Assembly (NCBI RefSeq): GCF_046119375.1
Contig: NW_027362768.1
Span: 328,042,001-328,106,000, forward strand
Length of the DNA: 64,000 nucleotides
Direction of reading: 5' to 3'
Source of the DNA: Phyllobates terribilis
Taxonomy: Eukaryota
Position numbers and translations under genes: made by a program. The notes under the pieces were generated by a model. The model saw only the letters and a program-made list of their open reading frames with translations. It was not told the origin of the DNA and made no database searches. Position 1 is the first letter of the stretch. Each line of letters begins with the position of its first letter. Of the stretch, positions 48,160 to 62,919 are shown in pieces.

Positions 48160-49443
48160 TGTCGCGCCCCTGCGGGTTCAGTCACCACAGAGGTACTGCA
48201 TCTCACCCAGAGGTGTGGTATCTCACTCTCAGGTAAGAATAGAGTGCTTCCCGGGACCCTAACACCTGCATCCAACACTACACTACTCCAGACCGGCAGG
48301 AGGGGCAAGATGCGCTGCTCCTCTGCTGAGCCCTGTCCCTGGCTGGAGTGGGGGGGGAATCAAAGTAAGGGGAACCATGTAGTGGGTGTGGGTGGAGGAA
48401 GTAGTTCAGGGGAGCTCAGTAAGAAGCGATATAAAAGAGAGGGTGGAACATTCTAGGAGGTGAGTCTGAGTCTGAGGAGATTGAGCCAGAGGAAGAGTTG
48501 GGAGCAGGAGCTCTGCAGAAGCTCTGCTCAGGGAACTGCGGGCCTGAGTGAGGAGGCCCAGGAGGAGAGGAGGAAGGAATGGGAGCAGAGGGAAGGCTGC
48601 AGGAGTGAAGAAGGGATCCCAGGGGTACGGGCAGTGCTGGAGGCCACCCGTACGCCCAGAATCTGCCAGGCGGTGGAGGGATCGAGCCGCAGAGGGGACC
48701 GGCCCCTTAACTAGTGAGAGTTACAAAGTTCAACTAGAAGCCGGAGGCTTCTGTACTTTCAGGGTGCAGTTGCCACATCCGCACTCAAGTCGCCAAAAAG
48801 GTAACCACATAGGATCCAGGGAACTCCAAGTTGCCCAGAAAGATCCGAGGATACCGGCTTGGGACACTGTTTGCGAGGCGCAGGGCAAGAAGGGTGAGAG
48901 CCAGCGCAGGAAGACGGCTGAGAAGGGCATATAGGACGGGGTCCTGTCAGGCACTCTTGAAATACCTGAGGGATTACTGAACCCCAGCCTGGTGAACGCA
49001 GCGCGACGTGGGAAGTTATGATCTGCAGTTGTAACCAGGAGCAAAGTGAGAACTGTGAGTAAATCCGGAAGGCTGCACCCCACTGTCTCTGTGAATTATT
49101 ACTGCTGCGCCATCACCCCCTGCACTACATTGCACCACAACCGCTACCTCAACATTTACAACATCCACACTGCCCTGGAGCTAAGCTCTACCTGTGGAGA
49201 GTTGAACCAACTCTGCTGCATTAACAACAGCTCCAGAGGACCTGCTCCGCAGCGGCGGCTCCCTTTAGTCTCATACCACAGGTGGCGTCACGAACATTAA
49301 AAGAAGTTTAAATCCCCTTTATTAAATCATTCCCCTTTTCATTGACTGCCCTGGGTCACGGAACGGGTCACTGCCACTGTGACATCCCCAGCCCCAACGA
49401 CCGGCCCGGCTACCGAGTACCCCATGGCCCAAGGGGTGAGTCA
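48160..49443 (+). mobile_element. Related solo LTR in opposite orientation, 4-bp TSD CATA
   Basis: TGTCGCGCCCC...GGGGTGAGTCA; CATA at 48156-48159 and 49444-49447; both ends homologous to the neighbouring copy. Confidence 0.78.
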
Positions 49444-50318
49444 CATATATACCACAATGCTAATTAGTAAGGCATATATACCAGGACAAAACCCAGGATG
49501 GTAATTGGTAAGACATATATACTAGGATGGCACCCAGGATGGGGGGGGGGAATATATACCAAGATGGTAATTGGTAAGACATACCTGTATATACCAGGAC
49601 GAACCCAGGATGGAGGGAGGACATATATACCAGGACAGTACCCAGGATGGAGGGTGGACATATATACCAGGATGGTAATTGGTAGGACATACCTGTATAT
49701 ACCAGGACGGAACCCAGGATGGAGGGGGGACATATATACCAGGACAGAACTCAGGATGAAGGGGGGGAATATATACCAGGATGGAACCCAAGATGGAAGG
49801 GGGACATATAGACCAGGATGGGAGACATATAGACCAGGAAAGAACCCATGATGGGGGCATATACACCTAAAAAGGGCCCATGATGGGAAACATTACTATA
49901 TAATTGGGTTGCGACACGTATGTTCCTATAGGATTCAGAATGCTACAAAAGGCTCATATATCTGACCAACATGCAAGGGGGATGGAGGGGAGCACCTCAG
50001 GTCAAAATTTTTCACCAGGGCTCATCGGACTCTAGTTACGCCACTGGTGAAGGACCTCTGGTCACATGACTACGATATCACCAAAGGTCCTTCTAACCTC
50101 CACAATTGCACCTATAATGCAGCACTGACTTGTTATGGCTAGGGGCTCTTTTGGTGATGTGGGCCCTGGGCAATTTCCCAGTTTATTCTCACTTCCACCT
50201 AACGCTGGCCTTCACTGTAGCTGCTATTTAATATTATTTGGGCTCTGTGGTGGTACAGAATCTGGTGAATGATATTGTGCCTTCTTGACTTACAGACATG
50301 ACAGACTAGCCGCTGTAC

Positions 50319-50434
50319 CTGCGAGTATCTGCTCAACATGTTTTCCCTCGGGACTCGAATATTCCTCATGATCAGGTAGCCATTGTCAATATGCTCAAAG
50401 GACATCTTAGGCCCAATGTCCCCAACAGTTATTC
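50319..50434 (-). CDS. ACOX2: ACOX2 coding exon 6 of 14
   Basis: 116 nt, (G)ITVGDIGPKMSFEHIDNGYLIMRNIRVPRENMLSRYSQ. Confidence 0.97.
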
Positions 50435-51996
50435 CTGGAAAAAAGGAAACAAGACCTGTCCTGGTGATAGTGCTGAATCAATTGTTCTTCTGCAAGTATT
50501 ATTATTACCACTAACAAAAACTTTAAAAACATTTAAAGGATTTATTACTCTTATTGGGATAGAGATGCATGCATTTAAGTAAAAAAAAAAAAATATATAT
50601 ATATTTAGCTTAAAAAAAATTTCAGTTAGGTCTATTATTGGCTGCAGAATGAGTTAACTGAGAATTTGTTAGAGAGCTATTTCTGACAGGAAAGATAGAA
50701 CTCTTCCGTCTTGGCTCCGCTTAGCTGATTTGTCAAACTCATGAAAGTTGAGCTGAACCTTGGGGTCATTAAATCAGCTGAAGGGTGTTCAGAAGAAGGG
50801 AGGTCAGGATGAACTCACTGATTGAGACTCAGTTAACTCATTCTGCAGCCAGAGACTATAAAAGGTTAATTTTTTTTTAAATGAAAGCCAGATGCATTTA
50901 AGAAGAAAAAAAAAGTAATTACCGCTGAAGGGGTCTTAAAGGTTTGTTGGCTCAAAGGTGGCCAATTTACTTTATTTCTACTGCTCCTTTGGAGTATTCC
51001 ACCCTTTCCCCTTCAAATACATCATACAGTTCCAGAGATATGGGTCTTTTTAAGGTCATTACCAAGGGGGCGTGGCTCCCAGATTATCTGGGGCGTATCT
51101 TTAGGTTGCTCTCTATAAACACCCCGCAAGCCACACCCCCTTCATATAGATCATAAATAACTAAACACTAAATAAAGTGGCCCAAATCGTATGGAGAATT
51201 TAAAGAAAAATAAAATACTCAGGGGAGCAGTGGGAATTAAGTCATAAATAATAATAAAAACATTTTTAATATATATATTTATTTATATATCCTTCCAGTG
51301 GATTTTGGGTTAAAAGTGTAGATCTTTTGCCTAGGATCCTCATTTTCTGACCAGAGTGTCTACAAAGAGCATCTCTGACTTTGGAGGTCCTGTGCACACA
51401 CAACCCATTGATTTGAATAGACACTGTGTAATACCTTATTTCCCCTGTGGGGGTGTAGTAGAGAGAATGAAAGCTTCCTGCTAGGTTTCATTCCCCATAT
51501 ATTACAGTAATGTCCTAGGAGGCGACACTAGGAGTCCACATAGTAAATGGAATCCGTCAGCATGTCTTTCCCGTTTAATCTGAGAGCTGCATAATATAGG
51601 GCAAGAGAACCTGATTACAGGGATGTATCACTTATTAGGCTGTGTGCTTTAGTTTTAATACAATCAGTGTTTTATCAGCAGAAGATTATCACTACATAAC
51701 TATGTGTCAAGTGCAGGACAGTCAAACTAACTTGTTTAACCCCGCCCCCACAACTGATTGGTAGCTTGCTGATAATGTACACAGGAAGCAGCCAATCAGG
51801 AGTGTGGGCGGAGTTATACACAGCTCAGCAGTCTGAGAACTGCTACATCTAATTATAGGATTCTAGCAAAACTGCACCAAGCAGTCCACTAAGTGACACA
51901 TCGCTGGAATCAAGAACTCAGCCCCTACATCATGCTGCTCTCAGATTACATGCTGACAGATTCCCTTTAAATGGTCTACTAAACTCAGGATGTTAC

Positions 51997-52116
51997 CTGG
52001 GAGTGGAGAATGGTCCTTAAGACTTCTAACCTGGACTATGAACGGATGCATGCCGTACTTCTTCTCATTGCTGTAAAGTTGGGCGAGGACCACGGCATGA
52101 GTGCTGGTTTTTCCTA
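51997..52116 (-). CDS. ACOX2: ACOX2 coding exon 5 of 14
   Basis: 120 nt, (L)GKTSTHAVVLAQLYSNEKKYGMHPFIVQVRSLKDHSPLP. Confidence 0.96.
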
Positions 52117-52219
52117 CTGTACATATGAAAAATACAGAATTTTTTTTTTTGTTCCCGAAAATATAAAAAAAATAAATAAATAAAAAATTGAGAAGTTACT
52201 AATTAAAGATATGACGTAC

Positions 52220-52327
52220 AATCTCCGGGCCACCATTTTGTGGCGCTTATCTGCGGAGTGTCTATGATGAATTCCTGGGTGCTAGGGTCATACGTGGCTG
52301 TGGTTTCTAAACCCCGCAGATATGTCC
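52220..52327 (-). CDS. ACOX2: ACOX2 coding exon 4 of 14
   Basis: 108 nt, (G)[35 protein letters not shown]; KWWPG FAD-binding motif. Confidence 0.97.
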
Positions 52328-53797
52328 CTGCAAATACAGAACATAAATGGTTAAAATTTGCTTTGAGTTGATGGCTTCTTACCTCCAGTGATTGCCTTCC
52401 CTGGCAATTATCATTAACATTTTGTTGTTCTCTGGATCAATTATTAACTTTTAAAGAGAAACCGTCTTCTTTGTTTTTATTTAAAAAATCAATAGTCCAC
52501 ATGAGAATAAGAAACTTTGTAATATATCTTATTAGAGAAATCTTCTTCTTTCTCCTCCTGGACTGGAATTAATCAGTAAAGTCTGTACTCAGGGAGGACA
52601 AATTGTCACACATTGCTGAGAAAGGAGATTGCAGTTGGCTTTTTGAAGATTCTATAGAGTGGGAGGAGCTAAGGACATTCTACATTCTATGTTTATTAAA
52701 GTTAATTATTTTTCTACCGGGATAAGGTTTTTTATTGTGCAAAAAGGGCCACAATACAGTACAACCCATCAAGAGGTAGTGTAAAGTTTCCAAAGATGTA
52801 CCAAATTCATTGTCCAGCATGAGCCACTGATAAATTTGTTGCATTTTTGAGATGTGTATCGTCTCACCAGGGTGGTATAAATGTGTATACTTGTGTCCGC
52901 ATCAGTATAATACTGTATCTGTTCCAAATAGACTTGCTCATCCGCAGTAATGTTATTTGACCACAAGATGTCGCTGTTGCCTAACCATTGCTGAAAGACT
53001 GTGAGATGCATGCAAAATGTCAGAGGTGGGGCTACAATCGGAGGGATGTGAAATACAGGAAGAAGAAGTGCGGCCATGTTAAGGGGCTGTAACTATTGAG
53101 AACAGGGAGAGGATGTGCTGGAGGGGAATCTAACAACATCCTCTCATGGAAGCATCCCACCGAGACCAGAGCAGTGGCAGATCGGAGCTGATCGTGTCCA
53201 TGACCACAACCTGTCCAGATGTGAGGAGATTTCTGCCAGGAACGCTGCACGCACCTCATTACATTCTGGTGCCAAAATACTCAAGGCTGAGATAGAGGCT
53301 GTAGTTAGATAGATAGGCATATTGACTGTTTCAGGCCACGTTTATTTCCAAAATCAGCATCTGGAACTTCAGGATTTGCTGCCACGTTTCCTGTTTGTTC
53401 TGTAATTAGGAATCCTAATCCACACGTATGTGCCGACGCGGCACGCAATGGACTTCACACCACACTTAAACTTCTTTTTGTTTCAGGAGAGAGTTTCTGT
53501 GGAACATTATAGTACGGGACAATTGTTCAACTTCGATAGACTTTGTTCACGGCTAAATAGCCGACATAGTTGGTTAATTTTTAGGGTATTTACAATATAG
53601 TTGAGGACGGATTATTCCTCTGAGTTCATTGAAGACACATTGGGATGGGAGCGAGATATTTGGTTGGGGGATAGAGGTAATTGATTGTAAGATTGTAAAC
53701 TGCTGTGCTGTACCGCAGGTGCGTGTGTACATTACACTCAAATAATTGTCCCAGTTCCCAGGGTGTTAATAGGTAACAGGTGGCCGGTTTAGACAGG

Positions 53798-54363
53798 TGT
53801 CACGCAAGGTGTGGGAAAGACTTAGTGTAGCACAGAGGGAAGAGGGAAAGGGAGCCCAGACACTAGGGAAAGGGGGGAGTGGAGACCTACTAGTCTGGTC
53901 TAGTGTCACCCTGTCTCAACTACCGTCCCTATATTGGCTCTTCACCAATCGTGGCACGAGTGCGTCGCCCTGACTTTCCCTGCCGTATGGCTAAGGTTAG
54001 GGAAGGAAAGAGATGAGCACTAGTGGATCTCCACTAAACTCTATAGACAACAAGGGTAGACAAACAGGGGGAATTGCTTAGGTTTAGACAACGTCAGACA
54101 AATGCGCACACGGCCTCAAGCTCCAGAGAGGATGAAGTACTGCTCTTGCTAAAGCCTCACAAGTAGTAATGAATATCGCCGGCACGTCCCTCTCAGACAC
54201 ATCAGGTATTTATACACCCAGACCAGGGAGCTAATTAGCCAGAGGGAGGTAGCCGCTGGGTCCTAGAGGCAGCCTCTAAGAAGATGTCTGTAATGCCAAA
54301 CGTAGAGATCTCCTGCAACCAACTGCAGGGCGACTGTCTGTCACCTCTGACACACCCGTGACA
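53798..54363. mobile_element. Solo LTR, 566 bp, 5-bp TSD ACAGG
   Basis: TGTCACG...CGTGACA termini; ACAGG at 53793-53797 and 54364-54368. Confidence 0.85.
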
Positions 54364-55072
54364 ACAGGCATGCCAGTAGACAGAGTTATAGAAAATATAG
54401 TAGGTACAAATTGTTTGGGCGCTGCGTTGTACAGCACAAGAGTCGCAGCTTCCTGGCTGAATGTCTGTATAATGTTTTGAATGTTTTCTATTTTCTGGTT
54501 TAGTCATTCACATAACTAAGTAAAATAATTACGGTGAGTGACCTGCGTAGGAGTTGGTTTTCTCGCGCGTGACTTCGTTATATCCTGAAGAACACTTTAC
54601 ACATTTTAAAACTTTTTAATCTAAATTTACATAAATCTAAGCAGTGAATAGGATTAGTGCCCAGTGATTTCTATATCTAATGTGTGCGTTATGTATCACT
54701 TTAAAGCAGCTATATCACCAGATTTTACATTACAAATATTAATAAATTGATCAGTTAGCCCTGATGAGGCTGGTGTAGTTATATTGTAAATCCACGGCAG
54801 AATGGCATATCCAAAGCTTAAACTCAATCTCCCTCCAGCTGCCGAGATATCACCCTGTTCAGTACATGCTGAAGCTGCTAAGAGACTTAATACATTTGGA
54901 CTCCTGAACGTTCTCACTCTTCAGCAGAATTAATAAATCTTAATACGAGGATTATACAGCCATTTTGACATGGATTTTCACAATAAGGTCACCAGCCTCC
55001 TCAGGTCCAAGTTATCAATATAATAATGTATGAACAGATACATTTAAAAGTTACAGACATTCATGAACTTAC

Positions 55073-55224
55073 CATGTCCCAGTTCAGTCTGTGCATAGGT
55101 TCCAATAATTTTATAACTACTTGCAAGAGGCAGCCACTTGGAAATTTGCTCATCTGTGCCCAGGGCATTGATAGTTTTTATGAAAACATTGTGAATATTA
55201 AGACCTGTTTCTCCTCCCAGCGCT
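55073..55224 (-). CDS. ACOX2: ACOX2 coding exon 3 of 14
   Basis: 152 nt, (R)ALGGETGLNIHNVFIKTINALGTDEQISKWLPLASSYKIIGTYAQTELGH. Confidence 0.97.
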
Positions 55225-56130
55225 CTGTAATCGTGAAAAAAAATAAAGTCTCACAAGGCTGGAATATCAAGAGTTAACTCGCACTAACAATGATCCATAG
55301 TGGTGTCACTATTGGAAAGTTGTACTTTCTTGTATAGATTGGCACAGTCCTCGAATGGTCAATGAAGCCTTTTATCTCCCGTTCCTGACCAGGCACATTT
55401 CTTTTTTCCCCCGTACATGCGGTTTATTTTTTCTCGTTCAGATTTTCAAATAAATGCCTTTAGCAATACACGGGACTACGTTTTTATGTTACCATTATAC
55501 TGTCTTTTTAATTTGTCAGTGGAAAAAGTGTTTTTCTCCTTTTTTTATGACCACAAAAAATATATTTGAAAATGGGTTCCCCTTTCTATGACAATTATTT
55601 TTATATAATATCAAACATTTTTTTAACCCCCTCCCCCCAATGGGAGTGAGACTAGTAACAGTAATTTACATTGGCTTTTTATGTAATTAGTTTTAATTCT
55701 ATACATTTTGCCCCCCATATGTTCTTAAAATACCTTTTGGGGGCATTTTAACACTTAAAAATATATATTTATCTAATTTCCCCTGTAACTGGGGCTGGTA
55801 GATTAGCCCAGGAACAGTGGAAATGCAATATTTTGTTTGAGCTCAGGGATTGCAGCAAATTTTGCGATTGGGTTCGTGTTTTTTTATCCTGTTCATGTTT
55901 TCCACAGTGATCATTTGATCGCTGAGCACATTGAGCGCAATATAGCCTCAAAATAAGAGGACAGAAGCGATTAATAATTGCTTTTGTCTTTTCCTTAGGG
56001 TGCATGGTAGGCAGCCAAAGACCCAACCTTGTTCCAGACACTGGCTGGAAAGTTCCGCCCTTGAGTACATTGGTGGATGCCCATTATGCCGCCCCTTTAT
56101 CAATCATATATAAGGATCTTGATAAATAAC

Positions 56131-56293
56131 CTGTATATATAGGCAATCTCTCGTCCGTTTTCGTTCCATCCCATTTCCTTCATCTTTCGCTTAATGTGGA
56201 AACTGTTCTTGACGGCTCCTTCATATCTCTCTGTGCGGGTCTTGAAATACAGGAATTCTCGGCTGAAGACAGGGTCCTTGTGAATGATGCTAA
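56131..56293 (-). CDS. ACOX2: ACOX2 coding exon 2 of 14
   Basis: 163 nt, (V)SIIHKDPVFSREFLYFKTRTERYEGAVKNSFHIKRKMKEMGWNENGREIAYIY. Confidence 0.95.
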
Positions 56294-56524
56294 CTAAGTA
56301 AATTAGAATGGATATGTGTAACTATTATAATGTGAAATAATGAAGGAATTAAAATAAAAATTGCATAAACTTTGCTTCTAACCTCTGCTCCCCCCCACAG
56401 TGTATTTCCTTGCCTATTGACTGCATAGTTATCAAAATGTACTCATTTGGAGTACAGATGATGGCAGTGAACAGCACTGACAGCAGAAAACAGGAGGAGA
56501 AAGGTGCTGACCCATCACTGCCAT

Positions 56525-57008
56525 CATCTGTACTACAAGTTAGCATATTGTGATATCAGTGCAGCTAAAGGCAAGGAAGTCGCCTAGGAGGGAGGTGGGG
56601 GGAAGCAGGGGTTAGAAGCCACTTGAGGTTTGTCTTTTTTTACAGGAAAGAAGACAGAGCCTCCTACTAAAGTTATTTACAACGTTTTATAACTTTTGAA
56701 GCTGGGCAAAATTATTTAAAAAAAAAATATGAACGTTTAGTTACTCTTTAAAGCAGGGGGAGACATAATCTGTACTCCAAATTAGTACAGTATATTGTGA
56801 TATCAGTGCAGCTAAAGGCAAGGAAGTAGCCTAGGAGGGAGATGGGGGGAAGCAGGGGTTAGAAGCGACTTGAGTTTTTTTTTTTTTTACAGGAATGAAG
56901 ACAAAGCCCCCTACTAAAGTTATTTACAAAGTTTTATAACTTTCTAAGCTGGACAAGATTATTGAAAAACAGTGAAAGTTTAGTTACTTTTTAAAGCAGA
57001 GGCGGACA
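56525..57008. repeat. Local tandem duplication, about 245-bp period, 2 copies
   Basis: ATATTGTGATATCAGTGCAGCTAAAGGCAAGGAAG at 56545 and 56792. Confidence 0.85.
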
Positions 57009-58234
57009 TATTGCCGGAGCTGGAAGGGGACCGCCGGCACCATCGACTATTTCAGCTGTATCACCAGCATCCTAAGGGGGCGCAATATTATTTTAACCTA
57101 CCATAATGTGTTCTGGCCTGTGTTTTATTAACAATATTATTAATGATAATTTTATTTATTTTAGTAGGGGTTTGACTCAATTTCAGGAATATTCTAATCT
57201 TAGGCTAAAAACTGTGGAGCTCCCGACACTTTGTATGCGGTGTTGTTGCATTGTGTTCGGAGCAGTGACGCATGTGGTCATTTTTGGTGCAGGTTACTCC
57301 AGATTGATGGACTTCAGCACGGAGTCGCGCTTGCTTTGACTCTTCGAGCTTCAGCTTTACAACACATTTATAGCCTGTAGTTCAGAAACCTCTGATAATC
57401 ATTTAGCTTTCAGGTGACTGACTCGCTTTATTACACGGCTGGAGGCGACGCTGCAGGTTAAACCGTCAGCCTACTGTATGTAAAACCTTAGAAGGCACAA
57501 GCACATGCATTTTATCTGACAATCAGATATACTATATTTACAAAAAATTGGAAAAAAAATGCATGAGAAAAAATAAAAATATTGTGTTTTTAAATGCAGA
57601 ATTCAAACATTCCTATACAACAACAACAACAACAACAAAGCACATAAAAATGACGCCACTTAAGATTTTCATCAATGGGTCATCATTGTTAAAGTCCTGG
57701 ACAACTCCTTTAACTAAACACACAGCTTTGTAGATGATATAGCCATTAAAAAAGGGCATTAGTCACCCTCCCCAGGTCCAGCACTTAGTCCCAGTCAGCA
57801 GCTCTGAGCGGCATGTGCTGTCAACATGGCTGTGGAGCTCACCGAGTGGCAGAGACCAGGGGCAGCAGCAGAGACTCAGTGCCAGACCTGGGCACGGTGA
57901 GTAAAGCACTAGGTTATTTTATCCCCCTTTTAACAAATTGCAGCCAAATTTGTGTGTGTGTGCTTTTTTTTCAGAAATGCACGAAAAAGGGCAATGCCAG
58001 AGAAGCAGCGTAACCTTCAGATTTAGGGTCTCCATTGAAATGTAGGTGTAAAATTTGCATTTTCGTGTAAATTTTGCACAAAAAAAACATCTTGTGGATA
58101 AGAATAAGTAAAGCTTTGCCAATACCGTAAAATGCTGTGGATTTAACGTGCGCAAAATTTGCACCGAATATTCAACATATGAACCGAGCTGATAACTGCA
58201 AAGTCCAGGACCGGTGTCCTGAAGAAGCTCTTAC

Positions 58235-58379
58235 CTACTGCTCTTCTGACGCGCGTTTCCTCCGCTCCTTCATCCAGAATGTTAGTGAGGGTCTCCACAT
58301 TGAAGGAAGGGCTTTCCCTCTCACTGGCAAGGTCAGGGTTGACGTCTTTCCCAGCTGAGTTCACTTTCCACCAGGCCAT
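58235..58379 (-). CDS. ACOX2: ACOX2 first coding exon
   Basis: 145 nt, MAWWKVNSAGKDVNPDLASERESPSFNVETLTNILDEGAEETRVRRAV, donor GTAAG; total CDS 2013 nt in frame to SKL*. Confidence 0.93.
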
Positions 58380-58454
58380 TGTGTACTGGGAGCTGGGGCG
58401 CCTTGCACTGGTTGCTGTGACTGTTGTGGATTGTGACTTTGTACAGGCAGGACT

Positions 58455-58462
58455 CTTATAAC
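58455..58462 (-). promoter_or_regulatory. Candidate TATA-like box of ACOX2
   Basis: GTTATAAG about 80 nt upstream of the ATG, no obvious acceptor in between. Confidence 0.3.
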
Positions 58463-59201
58463 AGGGCAGGGGTGAGGAGGAGCAGGATCAGATCAGCCGG
58501 GAATTAAAGGCAGAGATCACAAATAGCTAAAAGGAACCGTCCTGTGTTAGTGGGAAGGCAGGAGGCGTTCCCATACAAGCAGCACCATTCTCCAGAGTGT
58601 AGGACGGAAGGCGTTCTTAACTCTTTTCTAACCAGACGTGCAAGTTCAAGTTCAAAGTTTCAAGAAATATAATATCTACTGTAGCTACGGCTAGGGATGA
58701 GCGGACCCCTGGAAGTTTGGGTTCTGGCACCCGACCCAAACTTTATTCCAAACTTTATTTTCTCTCTTCTTGTTATTTAATACGTGTTAGAAAAAGTATC
58801 TTGTCAATTCTTTTGAGCATTTTTTGTGTGTAACTTGTTGTAAAATGCGCTGGTTTTTCTTTTTTTTTTTTAGAGTGAATTTTTTTGGGTGAGGTTTTGG
58901 CAGAGGAAACACAACAACAATTCACCCTATTGCTTCACTCCATGTTATTAAAAATGAATAAAAAAATCATGCAGAAAAACATGGAAAGATAAAAAAGCAT
59001 TAAACAGTTTTAACATTTTTTATGTTTTTACAAAACAGAATAAAAAAAACCCATATGACTATTAGGCTAAGTTCATACGAGAATGTAAAAAAATCGTCTG
59101 AATTTCATCCAGAAAACGCAGACGTTTTTTTTTCTCATTTTCCATCCATGTGGCATCCGTTTTTATACCTCAGCTGGGAGAATAGTTATTTTGATGATCT
59201 A

Positions 59202-60827
<1,626 letters not shown>

Positions 60828-60919
60828 CACATGCACTAAGATCTAAAGAGATGAACTGGAATGTAAGTTGTGTGCATGTAGCATGTAAACGCATGTTCAC
60901 ACTGGCCACTAAACAGACA

Positions 60920-61400
60920 AAACCCAAGATAAAAACATAATAAACAAATACCCTGCAGTACGTAAATAAATAGCGATAGTGAATAAAAATAACATAGCGG
61001 ACTTAGTTAACATTGTTTTGATCAAAAGAACGTAAAAGCCATCACACAACATCAAGGTGACCCTATTTGGAATGGTTCTAACCTCTAGCATTAAAAACTT
61101 ACCATTTGTCAAGTGATGTAAATGTTAAAAAGGGCTTAGAAGAACTGAGACCTGGCTAATGGACACCCGGTCCTTTGGTCCTTCTCAGCCTTTATTGACA
61201 TTTACATCACTTGACGAATCGTAAGGTTTTAATACTAGCGGTTAGGACCGTCACGAATAGGGTCACTTTGACGTGGTGTGATGGCTTTTACGTTGTTTTG
61301 ATCAAAATTATTTTAACTAAGTACCCGATGTTATTTTCATACCCTGCAGTAAATAAATAGCAATAGTGTATTTGCATATTATGTTTTTATCTTGGGTTTT
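60920..61400. mobile_element. AT-rich imperfect palindromic MITE-like element
   Basis: AAAACCCAAGATAAAAACATAAT pairs with ATTATGTTTTTATCTTGGGTTTT; AACGTAAAAGCCATCACAC pairs with GTGTGATGGCTTTTACGTT. Confidence 0.65.
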
Positions 61401-62919
61401 GTATGTACTAAAATCTGACTGGACTGATTGCCAGGTCCAAATGTGATTGCTTTCAGCTTTTTCCTGCTGATGATTTAAGTTTGCCATTCCTGCTTGTATC
61501 CATGTGTCTTTATTCACTTCTTTAGGGTTTACAATGTATTGCTGTTCTTTAGTAACATATTCTATGGCCAGGAGATCTTCATACCTAGCAGTCTCTTTTT
61601 TTAATAAAGGAAATGATAGACTTAATGCCCCCACGTAGATAAGACTTCAGAGTATCGCATACATTTGTGAAAATAAGGCCTCGTGCTGACCACCATATTT
61701 TCTGTCCGAGTGTGATTCGATCACTGGATCACACTTGGACTAAAGTCATTCTATGGGGCCGTGCACATGTCTGATTTTTTCCTCGTCTCTCTGAGGAAAA
61801 AATGGCATCATGCTCGATTTTCATCTGATATTTGGATTGCACGTGGCCATGCAAGTCAATGAGTGTGTGTAAAAAAATCGGACTGCACTCTGATGACATC
61901 TGAGTGCAGTCTGATTTTCACAGACTGATGGAATGGAGAAGATGGAGACATTTTTCTTTTCCATCCTCTCCTCATCCGATAAAATCATATCACACTATGT
62001 TCATACTTTGATTAAACTATGATCAGCATAATCGGCCCAATTCTGTCATATGGGAGAAAACATGGTGGTGTGACCCTGGACTAAAGATAACTGATCAGGT
62101 ATACGGTCTTGTCCTCCAATCAGCTTTAGCCAAAAAGGATGCCCCTCTTCGCTTTTATTTGTGCCTCTGGAAGAGATCTGTCTATACATAATGGTGAGTG
62201 GTCTGATATGCCCCCTGTGGCCATAAAATATATCCATAATGGGCACATGGCTGTTCCCAGAGCATATTCAATACGCCATTAGAGGAGAGGCACAAGAATG
62301 TCCTATCTCATGGCTGACTCACCCTCCAAAGATCAACCCAACCCACCTCGTCAACGAATCTCCTAAAAGAGGTAACACCTCTCGGATCGCCTCAAGCTAT
62401 GCAAATTGTATTAATAAAACCTAATTGCAAGAATGATTTTTAGCCCCAAATACACGAATTTGAGTAAAAAAAATGCCCATATCCTTTAAAATCATATAAA
62501 AATGAAGAGTAAAAGTTAAAGACTGCACGTTGAGGGTTAATTTTTTTCTGTTTTCGTAATACAGATTGTACTATGAAAACAGACAATACTTGTCACAGCA
62601 TGTACAGGTATGTGGAAAGATCACATTCTCTGCTTTTATTTGTAACTAAATTGAAAGTTGTTTTTTTGTATTCAGACAACTTTCTGATGTTCTTTTCTCT
62701 GTAGATTTATTCGTGAGGACGCCGACGATCTGATGACCAAACGGTTGATTGTAGGTGGTAATGTTAAAAAGGTTCAATCAGAACCAAAACAACGTAACTA
62801 AAGGGCAAAGATGCAAAAAGTGAACCGGTGCACTCCGGGATAAATCTGGAATAAATTCTAACTAGGGTGACAGAAGCAGGGCTGGCGTCAGCACCTGGCG
62901 TACCTGGGCAAGTGCCTGG

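Larger units (their letters stand above)
46610..49870. repeat. Degenerate CATATATACCAGGATGG minisatellite, split into three pieces by two LTR insertions
   Basis: Units at about 46620-46820, 48090-48159 and 49444-49870. Confidence 0.85.

Noticed and set aside
48460-49083. ORFs of 84-128 aa within the LTR region
   Set aside because: No gag, pol or env motifs; purine-rich LTR composition explains the open frames
54740-54930. CTGATGAG and CTGAAGAG fragments, possible further hammerheads
   Set aside because: No matching GAAA box with paired stems; at best heavily decayed
58245-58277. Hammerhead look-alike CUGGAUGAAG...GAAACGCGCGUCAG on the minus strand
   Set aside because: The core has an extra G, stem II does not pair, and the sequence is explained by ACOX2 codons LDEGAEETRVR
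61317-61634. 105-aa minus-strand ORF, possible exon of the next syntenic gene (FAM107A)
   Set aside because: No recognisable similarity; partly overlaps an AT-rich palindromic element
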